This document shows, in pieces, positions 1-11,653 of a stretch of 64,000 bases of DNA. Source of the stretch: Eledone cirrhosa. Its lineage: Eukaryota. Within the stretch, counting starts at the first letter, position 1. Each line of letters starts with the position of its first letter. The DNA lies in contig OZ024742.1 of NCBI GenBank assembly GCA_964016885.1, positions 198,028,001 to 198,092,000 of the forward strand. Reading direction: 5' to 3'. The translations under genes and the position numbers were made by a program. The notes beneath the pieces are model-generated. The model made no database searches, was not told the origin of the DNA, and saw nothing but the letters and a program-made list of their open reading frames with translations.

Positions 1-632
1 ATGCAGTTTGTACTCACGTTCAGCATTACGATGGTCTTTCCTGGCACGACGGACTGGTGCAGTCTCCCAAATTGCACTTTTGGGTTGTTTTTTCTGCTTA
101 TGTGGCACCGATGCTGCACATGCTGTCCATATTGAGTTCTGGAGTACAGTGTTGACATCTCCAGAGTCGTAAAACTCAAACCAGTTTGGATGTTGCAGCT
201 CGGTGCAGTAACAGTTCCAGTCTACTTTATTCCAGTCAAAGTGACCAGTTTGGAGATGTTTGTGGTTTTTGTTACTGCCCATGAGGGACAGATTGGAAAT
301 GATCATAGCATGATCAGAGTCACCTAAAGCTTCCTCAGTAGTAACACTAATAACTGTTTCAGGAGTAGTGGTGAAGAGTAGATCCAAAGTGTTGTCACTT
401 CTTGTTGGGGAAGTGACTACTTGGGACCAGTTCGAGTCCAGCACTAGCTCAAGGAAATCATTTGCACTTCGCAATGAAAGGTTTCCTAGTCAATCTCAGG
501 GTGATTGAAGTCCCCTGCAATAAAAACATTGGCTGTTTTCCTGGCAGCAGCTCTGAGGATATCACAAAGTTGAGTGTCCTGATGGTAATTTGGGGGACGG
601 TAAACGACTCTAAGTAGCAGTGTTGACATGGT
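1..632 (-). mobile_element. Degraded CR1/L2-type LINE fragment (AP endonuclease region)
   Basis: Minus-strand peptides VVYRPP, IAGDFNHPEID, PTRSDNTLDLLFT and LGDSDH are APE motifs; stops and frameshifts are present; runs off the window start. Confidence 0.8.
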
Positions 633-646
633 CATATGTATATCGC

Positions 647-701
<55 letters not shown>

Positions 702-854
702 CATAACACCAATACTGGAAGAATTACTCCGTTTTCAGGGAGAAATTCTTTGGAAATAGAGTAATATTGAATAGATAGTATACCAGCCATGTCATTGTTG
801 AAATTGCATGTTGTGTCCAACTATTGTACATATCTCTCTCGTAAGTTTCACATT

Positions 855-1425
855 TGGCTGTTGCACAGGGGAAGTAAGCAGCAAAAACCCTCACAGGAAA
901 CAAGTGCTATGAAATTCTTAGAGGGTAACATAGAAGCAGTTGACAGTTTCTGTTACCTGGGTGACCAAATTAGCAATTGAGGTGGGTGTTCTGAAAGTAC
1001 AGTGACCAGAGTGAGAATGGGATGAAAAAAGTTCAGGGAGCTATTACCACTGCTAGCCACAAAAGGCTTTTCCTTCAAAATGAAGGGCAGATTGTATAAG
1101 GCATGTATACAAACTGCAATGTTGCATGGCAGTGAGAGATGGGCACTGTGTGCCACTGACCTGCACGCTCCAATGGATGTGTAATAGTAATATGCATGAA
1201 CGACAAAGCATAAATGAACTGAGAGAGAAACTGGGTATAACAGGGATTAGAAGCAGTGAGCAGGAGAGGAGATTGGTATGGACATGTGATGTGCATAAAG
1301 GATGATAGCTGTATAAAAAGGTGCAGGGCGCTCAAAGTTGATGGAAGTTATGGAGTAGGAAGACCGAGGAAGACTTGAGACGAGGTGATAAAAGTTGACC
1401 TTGCACAATTACACCTCTCAAAGGC
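855..1425 (+). mobile_element. Degraded RTE LINE 3' fragment
   Basis: IEAVDSFCYLGDQIS and downstream DNA match the C-terminal part of the RTE ORF at 5270-8119, with stops. Confidence 0.85.
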
Positions 1426-1796
1426 ATAAGTGTGTTCTGGAATGGGTTTTTTGTCCATCTTACTTCCATTGAGCTCTTTACAAAACAACAAAATTGATAT
1501 TAAAGTAGTATAGCTCATGCTTTGCATTAATTATACTCTTTAATATCAATGAAATATGTAATAAATGACTGATAAGTTTCAAAAAGCCAGTACAATGTGA
1601 TAGAAATATATAAAAAGCAAATGATAACAAATAAAACTAAACAATATAATGTTTTACTCAATATATTTCAACACAATATTTCAGGGTTACTACCCTCTTT
1701 TCAAATATGGGACAGAAATGGTTCAAAACAAAAATGAACAATCAATATGTTCTTCTTTGAGAGGTTTTTGTTTTGATTTATTTTTGCTACATATAC

Positions 1797-1827
<31 letters not shown>

Positions 1828-1888
1828 TGTATGTATGTATGTATGTATGTATGTATGTATGTATGTATTTATGTATGTATGTATGTAT

Positions 1889-2477
1889 GTCAGGTCACCA
1901 GTTGGTGCTACTGGTAACATGTATCCCAGTACAACCTGTTTCATGGTCGGGTCGTTGGCGACTAAACTGGCAACCCCACCAAGTTTTCTTGGTGAGGAGG
2001 GTGACTTTGGACATCCTGCAGGACTAAAAACAAAACCTGTCAAAGGGCAAAGGAGCTCTTAAGAGTCAATGGCCATCCAAAATCACCGGGAGAGATGACC
2101 CCTTAGCCTTTGTCAAGGCAGAATTCTAGGAGAAGGAAAACTCTGATATAACACCTGCAACCCTGATGGTATCCAATGATGTTGACTTGTTCTTCTTTTT
2201 GGTAAATATCATCTTGGTTAAGAGAGTGGGACTGGCTTTGTGCAGTGCCTTTGCTCACTATAAAAGCTTCACGGCACAGGCATTGCTTTATATCTGGAGA
2301 TCTCTCTGCACTTGTCGTCACATGGTACCATGGGCCCGGCACTGTGTGTCAATAATTGTCACAGGTGTAGTGTTTGTACCAGAGTTTTCAAGTCGCTGGC
2401 TGAACTCCCATCGGTAGGGGTTCTCCTACATGGATATAAAGTAGTGGCCGTACTCGAAAACGAGTTGGCAGCCACCA
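1889..2477 (+). mobile_element. About 600-bp non-autonomous retroposon ('element X', probably bipartite RTE-derived), full-length copy
   Basis: Near-identical copies at 8344-8752, 30690-30842, 30915-31450, 31627-32235 and 63116-63511; fixed 5' end GTCAGGTCACC and 3' end GGCAGCCACCA; sits in a (TGTA)n tract. Confidence 0.8.
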
Positions 2478-2529
2478 TGTATGTATGTATGTTTGTATGC
2501 ATATATGTATGTATATTTCTCTTTCTCTT

Positions 2530-3050
2530 AATTTCGTGTACATTTTTGACCAGCCCCCTTCCTGGTGACAAGGTTGTAAAAGAAAACAAATTGTCATCCC
2601 TTGAATCACAAGAATGTTTTGCAAATTTTGAAGGTGCCAGCTATTGCAGCCATTTCCTATCTATGAATTAGAGAGCTGTGCTCTTTGTCCACAAATCCAA
2701 GTTCAGTTATACTTTGGTCCAAGCCGGTTGGTATATAACCTATAGCTCCAATAATGATGGGTATGAAGCTGAAGGTGTATCTTGGATACTGGATCTGCAA
2801 ACTCTTCATCAATGGCCCGTAGATGTCTTCCTTCTCTTATATTTTTCTTACAATGTTGACATCAAGTGGGCAGCTGATCTCCACAACAGAGCAAGTTTTC
2901 CATCTGTGATCCCAAACAAGAATATCAGGCCGGTTGTGTTTTAATTTGGTGGCAGTTTTCATTTTCAGGTTCCATCAGTATTCTTTAGTGCCATCTATTC
3001 TTCGTCATTTGCTGGTCTGGATGTTATTGTATGTGTGGATGTCGATGTTG
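2530..3050 (-). mobile_element. RLE-type (R4/Dong/NeSL-like) non-LTR retrotransposon 3' fragment
   Basis: Minus strand reads KHNRPDILVWD...VEISCPLD, a PD-(D/E)xK restriction-like endonuclease motif; degraded. Confidence 0.75.
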
Positions 3051-3099
3051 TGAGTTATATGTGTGCATGTGTATATGCTTTGTATCTGTACATGTATAT

Positions 3100-3610
3100 A
3101 TGCAGTTATTAGATGCAGAAGTTTTGGAATGTTTTACATATTTTTACTGTTCCATTAATGGATTGTACTTGTAATTTCCTAACTAGTTGTGTTCTTTCTG
3201 ATTCTGTAAAGCCCAGCTTCTCAAGATTTGTATTGAGGCAGTTACTAACATATCCCAGTGCCCCAATAATCACAGGCATAAATCTGAAGGTATAGTCGGG
3301 GTGGAGTATCTGCAGATTTCTCATTAGTTCTGCATAGATATTCTCCTTTTCACAAATCTTTAATATTATATTGGCATCTGCTGGGCAGCTAACTTCCATT
3401 ACTGTGCATGCCTTCTTTTCTCTGTCCCATATCATTATATCTGGTCTGTTATGCTTGCATTTTATTGGGGTTTTCACTGGAATATTCCACCAGTACTCTT
3501 TCATATTATGTATGTGTATGTCTTCCACATTACTGTAGCTTTTAATGTGTTTATTGTCGGGGCTAGGGTTAATGTTAAGGTTGCATTGTACAGTGTTTTG
3601 GCCACTACAT
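3100..3610 (-). mobile_element. RLE-type non-LTR retrotransposon 3' fragment
   Basis: ORF 3109-3528 contains HNRPDIMIWDREKKACTVMEVSCPAD...EKENIY; close relative at 63585-63920. Confidence 0.85.
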
Positions 3611-3696
3611 CATGTATGTATGTATGTATATATGCATGTGTGCGTGTATGTATGTATATATGCATGTATATATGTATGTATCTGTATATATCAAAT

Positions 3697-4068
3697 AATT
3701 GTTTCTACTTTAGGCACAAGGCCAGCAATTAACCAACACCTTCCTAACACCAACCACACTGTAAATGTGGTTGGTGTTAGGAAGGGCATCCAACTGTAGA
3801 AAACCCGCCAGACAGTCCTATGCGAGCAAGACAACCACTCTTGCCTCAAGTGGGAAAACCCCCGTCCAAACCCATGCAAGCGTGGAACACGGACGCTAAA
3901 CCTGATGATGATGATGATGATGATTACTGATACTTTATTTTATCGACCCCGTAAGGATGAAAAGCAAAGTTAACCTCAGCGGGATTTGAACTCAGATCAT
4001 AAAGGGAGGTAACTCTATGCTTCAAAGCATGGTGTCCGACTCTCTACCGATACTGCCAATTCACCGCC
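3697..4068 (-). mobile_element. Deu/Nin-domain tRNA-type SINE interrupted by an RTE 3'-tail insertion (about 3735-3923)
   Basis: B-box-like GAGTTCAAATCC and GCTTTTCATCCTTACGGGGTCGATAAAA core; same family at 19357-19572, 22480-22600, 25425-25608, 49871-50016 and 59173-59353. Confidence 0.75.
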
Positions 4069-4081
4069 CTATATATATATA

Positions 4082-4273
4082 AAATAATGGAAGTTAAGAC
4101 GATATTAAATCCCCATAATTGTTTATTGCATTATATATATCTCTGTTACATGGTTATTAATGAGACTATGTCAGATGCACCTGATGAAGTCACATGAATA
4201 ACCATGTAACAGAGATATATATAATACAATAAACAATTATGGTGATTTAATCCCGTCTTAACTACCATTATTT
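4082..4273. repeat. Imperfect inverted repeat (about 78-bp arms) carrying a degenerate hammerhead core
   Basis: 4082-4160 is the reverse complement of about 4197-4273; CTGATGA at 4181 is followed by a GTCACATG/CATGTAAC stem and GAGA in place of GAAA. Confidence 0.65.
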
Positions 4274-4543
4274 GATAAATGAACACTCCGTCCCTCATTA
4301 TCACCTACCTGGGATAAACTACTGACGTGTAGTGCTTTTGATATAGTATATATATATATTTGTAGATATAGTAGTAGTTGTATTATAAGAAATAGTAGTA
4401 GTTGTTATTTTTGTTGTAGTCTGAGTTGTAGTTACAGTTGTAGGTATAGTTGTAATATATATATATATATATATGTATACATACATATATATATTGACAT
4501 ATATGTATACATATATGTATGTATATATATATACATATATATT

Positions 4544-4598
<55 letters not shown>

Positions 4599-4676
4599 AC
4601 ATACATATATATATATATATATTTATGATGATGATGATATATACATACATATATTATACATATATGTATACATACA

Positions 4677-4712
<36 letters not shown>

Positions 4713-4715
<3 letters not shown>

Positions 4716-7700
4716 TCATCATCATCATCATCATCAGGTTTAGCGTCCGTGTTCCACGCTTGCATGGGTTTGGACGGGGGTTTTCCCACTTGAGGCAAGA
4801 GTGGTTGTCTTGCTCGCATAGGACTGTCTGGCGGGTTTTCTACAGTTGGATGCCCTTCCTAACACCAACCACATTTACAGTGTGGGGCTGGGAGGTTTTT
4901 ACCGTGTTGCCTACACGGCCACATTACAGCGTGGACTGTCTGGCGGGTTTTCTACAGCTGGATGCCCTTCCTAACACCAACCACATTTACAGTGTGGGGC
5001 TGGGAGGTTTTTACCGTGTTGCCTACACGGCCATATTTACAGCGTGGACTGTGTGTTTTTTGTCGTGACACCTACACGATCTCATTTGTTTCGGCCTGGA
5101 TGTTGTGGGACCAACATAACTTTACATTGAAAGGGGCGGTGTGGGTGGGGTGGAGGGGACCAACATAACTTTACATTGAAAGGGGCGGTGTGGGTGGGGT
5201 GGAGGTGGTGGGACGGGGGTGTGTTTTGATAGAGATGCCTACTGACTGTAGTAGGTTTTTACTTTGTATTTAGGTAAGGCGGGTCTTCTCTATTACTGAG
5301 TACCGCCAAAGGTCTCGGTCCAGTGACATTGTCTTGGAGAGGTGTAAGCGTGTGAGGTCGGAATTTATCAGCTCGTCCCATGTTTTTCTGGGTCTACCTA
5401 CTCCGTGGCTACCGTCTATCTTTATTGCCCTGCACTTTGTTATACAGCTGTCGTCTTTCATGCGCATCACGTGACCGTACCAACGTAGCCTTCTCTCGAG
5501 TAAACAACATCTGATCCCTCTTATTTCTAATTTTTTCCTTAGTTCGTTTATGCTTTGCCGTTCACGTATATTACTATTGCACATCCAGCAGCGCATGCAA
5601 GCTTCGTTCCTCTCTAGTCTGCGTATATCCTCTGCACACAATGCCCAGGTCTCACTGCCATGCAGCATTGCTGTTCGTATGCAGGCATCGTATAACCTGC
5701 CTTTCATTTTTAGGGAGAACCCTCTAGCGGCTAATAGTGGTATAAGCTCTCTGAACTTTTTCCATCCAGTTCTGACTCTAGCTACTGTACTTTCAGAGCA
5801 CCCTCCCCCACTGCTGATTTTGTCACCCAGATAACGGAAGCTGTCCACTATTTCTATAGAACCCTCTGCGCAGTTGAAGGAGCTAGTATTTTGTGGGCAC
5901 TTGCTGCTACTTATTGCACCAGAGCACCGGCCACATGTAAAATTTATGTTCTTAGTTAGCTTACCTGTGATCCCACTACATCTTTTATGCACCCATACTT
6001 TGCATTTGGGACATAAAATGGAGTTTCTACCTACGCCTTTCCTACACACTGAGCATGGCCATTTCCCCGATGAGACCGCCGCCTTATTTTCTTTCCTACA
6101 AACTAGAACTTTAGTCTTAGCCAGGTTAATTTTAAGGCCTTTTGATTCTAGGCCGTGCTTCCACGTTTGGAATTTCTTCTCTAGCTCGGCCATTGATTCC
6201 GCTATGAGTGTCAGGTCGTCTGCGTATAGGAGTTCCCATGGGCAGCCGGTCTTGAACTCCTCTGTTATAGCCTGAAGGGCAATAATAAATAGTAGGGGGC
6301 TAAGTACAGAGCCCTGATGGACACCAACTTTTACGCTAAACTCTTCACTATATTCGTTGTTAATTCTAACCTTACTGACTGTTTCTTTATACATGGCTTG
6401 TATAGCTCTCACAAGCCATTCGTCAACACCTAGTTTTCTAAGAGACCACCAGATAATGGAACGGGGGACTCTGTCGAAGGCTTTCTCCAAGTCGACAAAA
6501 GCTAAGTATAGGGGTTTACTTTTAGCTAGGTACTTCTCCTGTAGTTGTCGTACAATGAAAAGAGCGTCTGTGGTACTTTTGCCTGACACAAACCCGAACT
6601 GCATTTCATCTAGATCAATTCTCTCTCTGATTAGTTGCGCTATTACTTTTTCCGTGACCTTCATGACCTGGTCGATTAATTTAATGCCTCTATAGTTACT
6701 CCTATCTAGGGCATCTCCTTTTCCCTTATAGCAGTTAACGATGATGCTGCTACGCCATTCCTTCGGAACAACCCCATTCTGTACGACTTGGTTAACTATC
6801 CGGGTGACCATGGTGTGTCCCACCGAACCAGATGCCTTCAGCATCTCAGCAACTATTTCCGAAGGCCCAGCCGCCTTACCCGTCTTCATATCTTTGATTG
6901 CCTTACTTATTATACTACCTTCAACTAACACTGCTGGTCCCTCTATTGGATCGATCTGGGGGAGACTGTCTTTCTCCCATTTGTTCTCCTCATTTAGAAG
7001 CCTTTCGTAGTGACACTTCCAAGCTACCTTCTTATCAGCGTCGGTGATGGCAAGTATGCCATCATCGTTAAGTACACACTTCTCCCCGACAATATCACGG
7101 TTTTCCTTGACACATTGCCTGGCAATCCTGAACACTTCACGTTTTTGGTCCTCACGTTGTAGAACATGCTTGAACTTTCTTTCCTCTGCTTCCCTTCTTG
7201 CGAAGTACACTTGTCTCCTAGCTTCCCTCCTGGCCACTTGATAGTCTTCTCTACTTCCCCCATCCCGCCATACTTTCCAAGCCTGCTTTTTGGCCTTAAT
7301 TGACTCCTCCACCTTACTGTTCCACCACCATGTTACTCTCCTCCTACCTACAGGCCTGCTCCAGCCACAGACTTCGTCTGCCGCCGTCAGCAGGTTTGCT
7401 CTCAGGAATTCCCACTGTTCCTCTATATTATACGACTCTAATTGCTCTTCCTTACTGTCGAAAGCGTCAAGTAATTTGCTTTGAAATTTATTTCTGGCTA
7501 TGGGGTCCTTTAGCTTCCATATTTTTCTCCTGAGGATAGTCCTCTTCCGCTGTCTAGTACGTCTCGTCCTGACTATGAGGTCGCTAATTATCAGTCTATG
7601 TTGGGAGGTGAATTCTTCATGGGGGTGGGATTTAGTGTTAACAACAGACACTCTGTCACGTCTTCTGGTAAGGATATAATCTACCTGGCTTGTGTGTTCC

Positions 7701-8120
7701 CCCGATCTATAGGTGATCAAGTGATTGTCTCGTTTTTTGAAGTTAGTGTTACAGATAGTTAAGTTATTTGCGTCGCAGAATTCCAGGATTCTGGAGCCTT
7801 CCTCATTTCTAGTACCGAACCCATAGCCTCCATGGATTCCGTCATAGCCGTCACAATGTTGTCCAACGTGACCATTTAGGTCGCCTGCAATAACTATATA
7901 GTCACTGTCGGTTATTTGGGAGGTAGCGAGCATCAGTGTCTCGTAGAATCTGTCTTTTATAGCGCGGGGCAGTCCGGATTGGGGTGCGTACGCAGATATT
8001 ACTGTCACCGTAGTTTTATTGAGGACAAGTCTTATTTTAATTATTCTGTCGTTCACTCTATTTACGTCTATTATCTTATCTGCCCACTTTTCTGCTACCA
8101 TGATTCCTACCCCACCCAAC
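4713..8120 (-). mobile_element. RTE-clade LINE, 5'-truncated, with 3' UTR and (GAT)n tail
   Basis: Contains the 949-aa ORF; the 3' UTR has internal duplications and ends in (GAT)n; flanked by (TA)n. Confidence 0.95.
5270..8119 (-). CDS. RTE LINE ORF: AP endonuclease (N-terminus missing), reverse transcriptase and PHD-like zinc finger
   Basis: [23 protein letters not shown] (APE); FVDLEKAFD, GVHQGSVLSP, LLYADD (RT); C-x2-C..C-x2-C-x4-H-x2-C..C-x2-C; uninterrupted for 949 codons. Confidence 0.92.
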   Translation of the reverse strand: MGGVGIMVAEKWADKIIDVNRVNDRIIKIRLVLNKTTVTVISAYAPQSGLPRAIKDRFYETLMLATSQITDSDYIVIAGDLNGHVGQHCDGYDGIHGGYGFGTRNEEGSRILEFCDANNLTICNTNFKKRDNHLITYRSGEHTSQVDYILTRRRDRVSVVNTKSHPHEEFTSQHRLIISDLIVRTRRTRQRKRTILRRKIWKLKDPIARNKFQSKLLDAFDSKEEQLESYNIEEQWEFLRANLLTAADEVCGWSRPVGRRRVTWWWNSKVEESIKAKKQAWKVWRDGGSREDYQVARREARRQVYFARREAEERKFKHVLQREDQKREVFRIARQCVKENRDIVGEKCVLNDDGILAITDADKKVAWKCHYERLLNEENKWEKDSLPQIDPIEGPAVLVEGSIISKAIKDMKTGKAAGPSEIVAEMLKASGSVGHTMVTRIVNQVVQNGVVPKEWRSSIIVNCYKGKGDALDRSNYRGIKLIDQVMKVTEKVIAQLIRERIDLDEMQFGFVSGKSTTDALFIVRQLQEKYLAKSKPLYLAFVDLEKAFDRVPRSIIWWSLRKLGVDEWLVRAIQAMYKETVSKVRINNEYSEEFSVKVGVHQGSVLSPLLFIIALQAITEEFKTGCPWELLYADDLTLIAESMAELEKKFQTWKHGLESKGLKINLAKTKVLVCRKENKAAVSSGKWPCSVCRKGVGRNSILCPKCKVWVHKRCSGITGKLTKNINFTCGRCSGAISSSKCPQNTSSFNCAEGSIEIVDSFRYLGDKISSGGGCSESTVARVRTGWKKFRELIPLLAARGFSLKMKGRLYDACIRTAMLHGSETWALCAEDIRRLERNEACMRCWMCNSNIRERQSINELRKKLEIRGIRCCLLERRLRWYGHVMRMKDDSCITKCRAIKIDGSHGVGRPRKTWDELINSDLTRLHLSKTMSLDRDLWRYSVIEKTRLT

Positions 8121-8300
8121 CCATATATATATATATACTGTAAATGTGGTTGGTGTTAGGAAGGGCATCCAGCTGTAGAAAACCTGCCAGACAGTCCTAT
8201 GCGAGCAAGACAACCACTCTTGCCTCAAGTGGGAAAACCCCCGTCCAAACCCATGCAAGCGTGGAACAGGGATGTTAAACGATGATGATGATGATGATGA

Positions 8301-8343
<43 letters not shown>

Positions 8344-8346
<3 letters not shown>

Positions 8347-8752
8347 TGACTGCTAACTCGTTTTCGAGTACGGCCACTACTTTATATCCATGTAGGAGAA
8401 CTCCTACCGATGAGCTGAACGAGTGTACCTTTTTAGTCCAGCCAGCGACTTGAAAACTCTGGTACAAACACTACACTTGTGACAATTATTGACACATAGT
8501 GCTGGGCCCATGGTGCCATATGATGACAAGTGCAGAGAGATCTCCAGATATAAAGCAATGCCTGTGCCGTGAAGCTTTTATAGTGAGCAAAGGCACTGCA
8601 CAAAGCCAGTCCCACTCTCTTAACCAAGATGATATTTACCAAAAAGAAGAACAAGTCAACATCATTGGATGCCATCAGGGTTGCAGGTGTTATATCAGAG
8701 TTTTCCTTCTCCTAGAATTCTGCCTTGACAAAGGCTAAGGGGTCATCTCTCC
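8344..8752 (-). mobile_element. Element X, 5'-truncated copy
   Basis: Reverse complement of about 2088-2477. Confidence 0.85.
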
Positions 8753-8791
8753 CATACATATATATACACACATATATATATACATACATAC

Positions 8792-8884
<93 letters not shown>

Positions 8885-9014
8885 TGTGATAGTTTAAGGA
8901 CACATTATGATAACATCTTCCCTCTAGCTGTCCTCCCATGTTTTTCCCTCTCTTTTGGTGGGCACCTGTGAAAATATAACCATATGCAGTGATGTAAGAG
9001 GTGAGTAGACATCC

Positions 9015-11512
9015 AACACATACACACCTGCTTAAACACACACACTCACACACACACCCACTCACACACACACACACACACTCACACACACACACTCACT
9101 CACTCACACACTCACCCCCCACTCACACCTCCACTCACACACACACATACACATACACACACACACACGCACACACACTCACACACACACTCACACACAC
9201 AGTCACATACACACACACACCCACCCACTCACACTCACACTCACACACACTCACACACACACACTCACACACACATACTCACACACACTCACACACACAC
9301 ACTCACACTCACACATATACCCTCCCACACATACAAGCACACACATATACATTATCATAGATACACACACACTTACACACATACACACATACACTTACAC
9401 AGATGCACATACAGATATATATACACACACTTACACAGATGCACACAGATATATGTACACAGACACACACACACAGATATATGCACATACACTTACACAG
9501 ATGAACATACAGATATATATATACACACACACATGCAGATGCACACAGATATATGTATACACACACACACACTTACATATATATATACACACACACACTT
9601 ACACAGATGAACATACAGATACACACACACACACTTACACAGATGCACACAGATATATATGTACACATACACTTACACAGATGAACACAGATACATGTAC
9701 ACACACACACTTACACAGATATATGTACACACACACATACAGTTACACATATGCACACAGATACATGTACACACACACACACTTATACAGATGCACACAG
9801 ATACATGTACACACACACTTATACAGATGCACACAGATATATGTACACACACACATACACTTACACAGATACATGTACACACACACACACTTATACAGAT
9901 GCACACAGATATATGTACACACACACATACACTTACACATATACACACAGATACATGTACACACACACACACTTATACAGATGCACACAGATACATGTAC
10001 ACACACACACACTTATACAGATGCACACAGATATATGTACACACACACATACACTTACACATATGCACACAGATACATGTACACACACACACACTTATAC
10101 AGATGCACACAGATATATGTACACACACACATACACTTACACAGATACATGTACACACACACACACTTATACAGATGCACACAGATATATGTACACACAC
10201 ACATACACTTACACATATGCACACAGATACATGTACACACACACACACACTTATACAGATGCACACAGATATATGTACACACATACATACACTTACACAG
10301 ATATATGTACACACACACACACATAAGGAGAGAGAAAGATAGAGATAGATAAAGAGAGGTTACCCATTCATACTGAAGAGTTAGATCCACTGTTTTGGAA
10401 ATATTCAGAGGTGGTGGTCACTATCAACAGTAACCCCTGAACAGTTGTGTGAGGTTTCACTGCAACACACCCTTCTAACCCAACAACAACAACAACAACA
10501 GCAACAACAACAACAACAACAGCAACAGCAACAACAACAGCAACAACAGCAACAACAACAACAACAGAAACAACAGCAACAACAGCAACAACAGCAACAA
10601 CAACAGCAGCAACAACAGCAGCAACAACAGCAGTAACAACAACAGCAGTAACAACAACAACAACAACAGCAACAACAACAACAGCAACAACAGCAGCAAC
10701 AACAGCAACAACAACAACAACAACAGAAACAACAGCAACAACAGCAACAACAGCAACAACAACAGCAGCAACAACAGCAGTAACAACAACAGTAGTAACA
10801 ACAACAACAACAACAGCAACAACAACAGCAACAGCAACAACAACAGCAACAACAGCAACAGCAACAACAGCAACAACAACAACAGCAACAATAGCAACAA
10901 CAGCAACAACAACAACAGCAACAACAGCAACAGCAACAACAACAACAGCAACAACAACAACAGCAACAACAACAGCAGCAACAACAGCAGTAACAACAAC
11001 AGCAGTAACAACAACAACAACAACAGCAACAACAACAGCAACAACAACAACAACAGCAACAAAAGCAACAGCAACAACAGCAACAACAACAACAGCAACA
11101 ACAACAGCAACAACAGCAACAACAACAGCAACAACAACAACAACAGCAGTAACAACAACAGAAGTAACAACAACAGCAACAACAACAGCAACAACAGCAA
11201 CAACAACAGCAACAACAACAACAACATCAGTAACAACAACAGAAGTAACAACAACAGCAACAACAACAACAGCAACAACAACAGCAACAACAGCAACAAC
11301 AACAGCAACAACAACAACAACAGCAGTAACAACAACAACAGCAACAACAACAGCAACAACAACAACAACATCAGTAACAACAACAGAAGTAACAACAACA
11401 GCAACAACAACAACAGCAGTAACAACAACAGCAACAACAACAACATTACACACAAAAGAGAAAAAAAATGATTACCATTTAAAAACAATTCTTGCCATTA
11501 TTGGTATTGTTT

Positions 11513-11566
<54 letters not shown>

Positions 11567-11567
11567 A

Positions 11568-11599
<32 letters not shown>

Positions 11600-11614
11600 C
11601 AGTAGCAGCAGCAA

Positions 11615-11653
<39 letters not shown>

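Noticed and set aside
10370-10410. CTGAAGA...GAAA as a hammerhead (also the CTGATGA-like matches at 26225, 30425 and 62644)
   Set aside because: No supporting stems I-III or no correctly placed GAAA/NUH.
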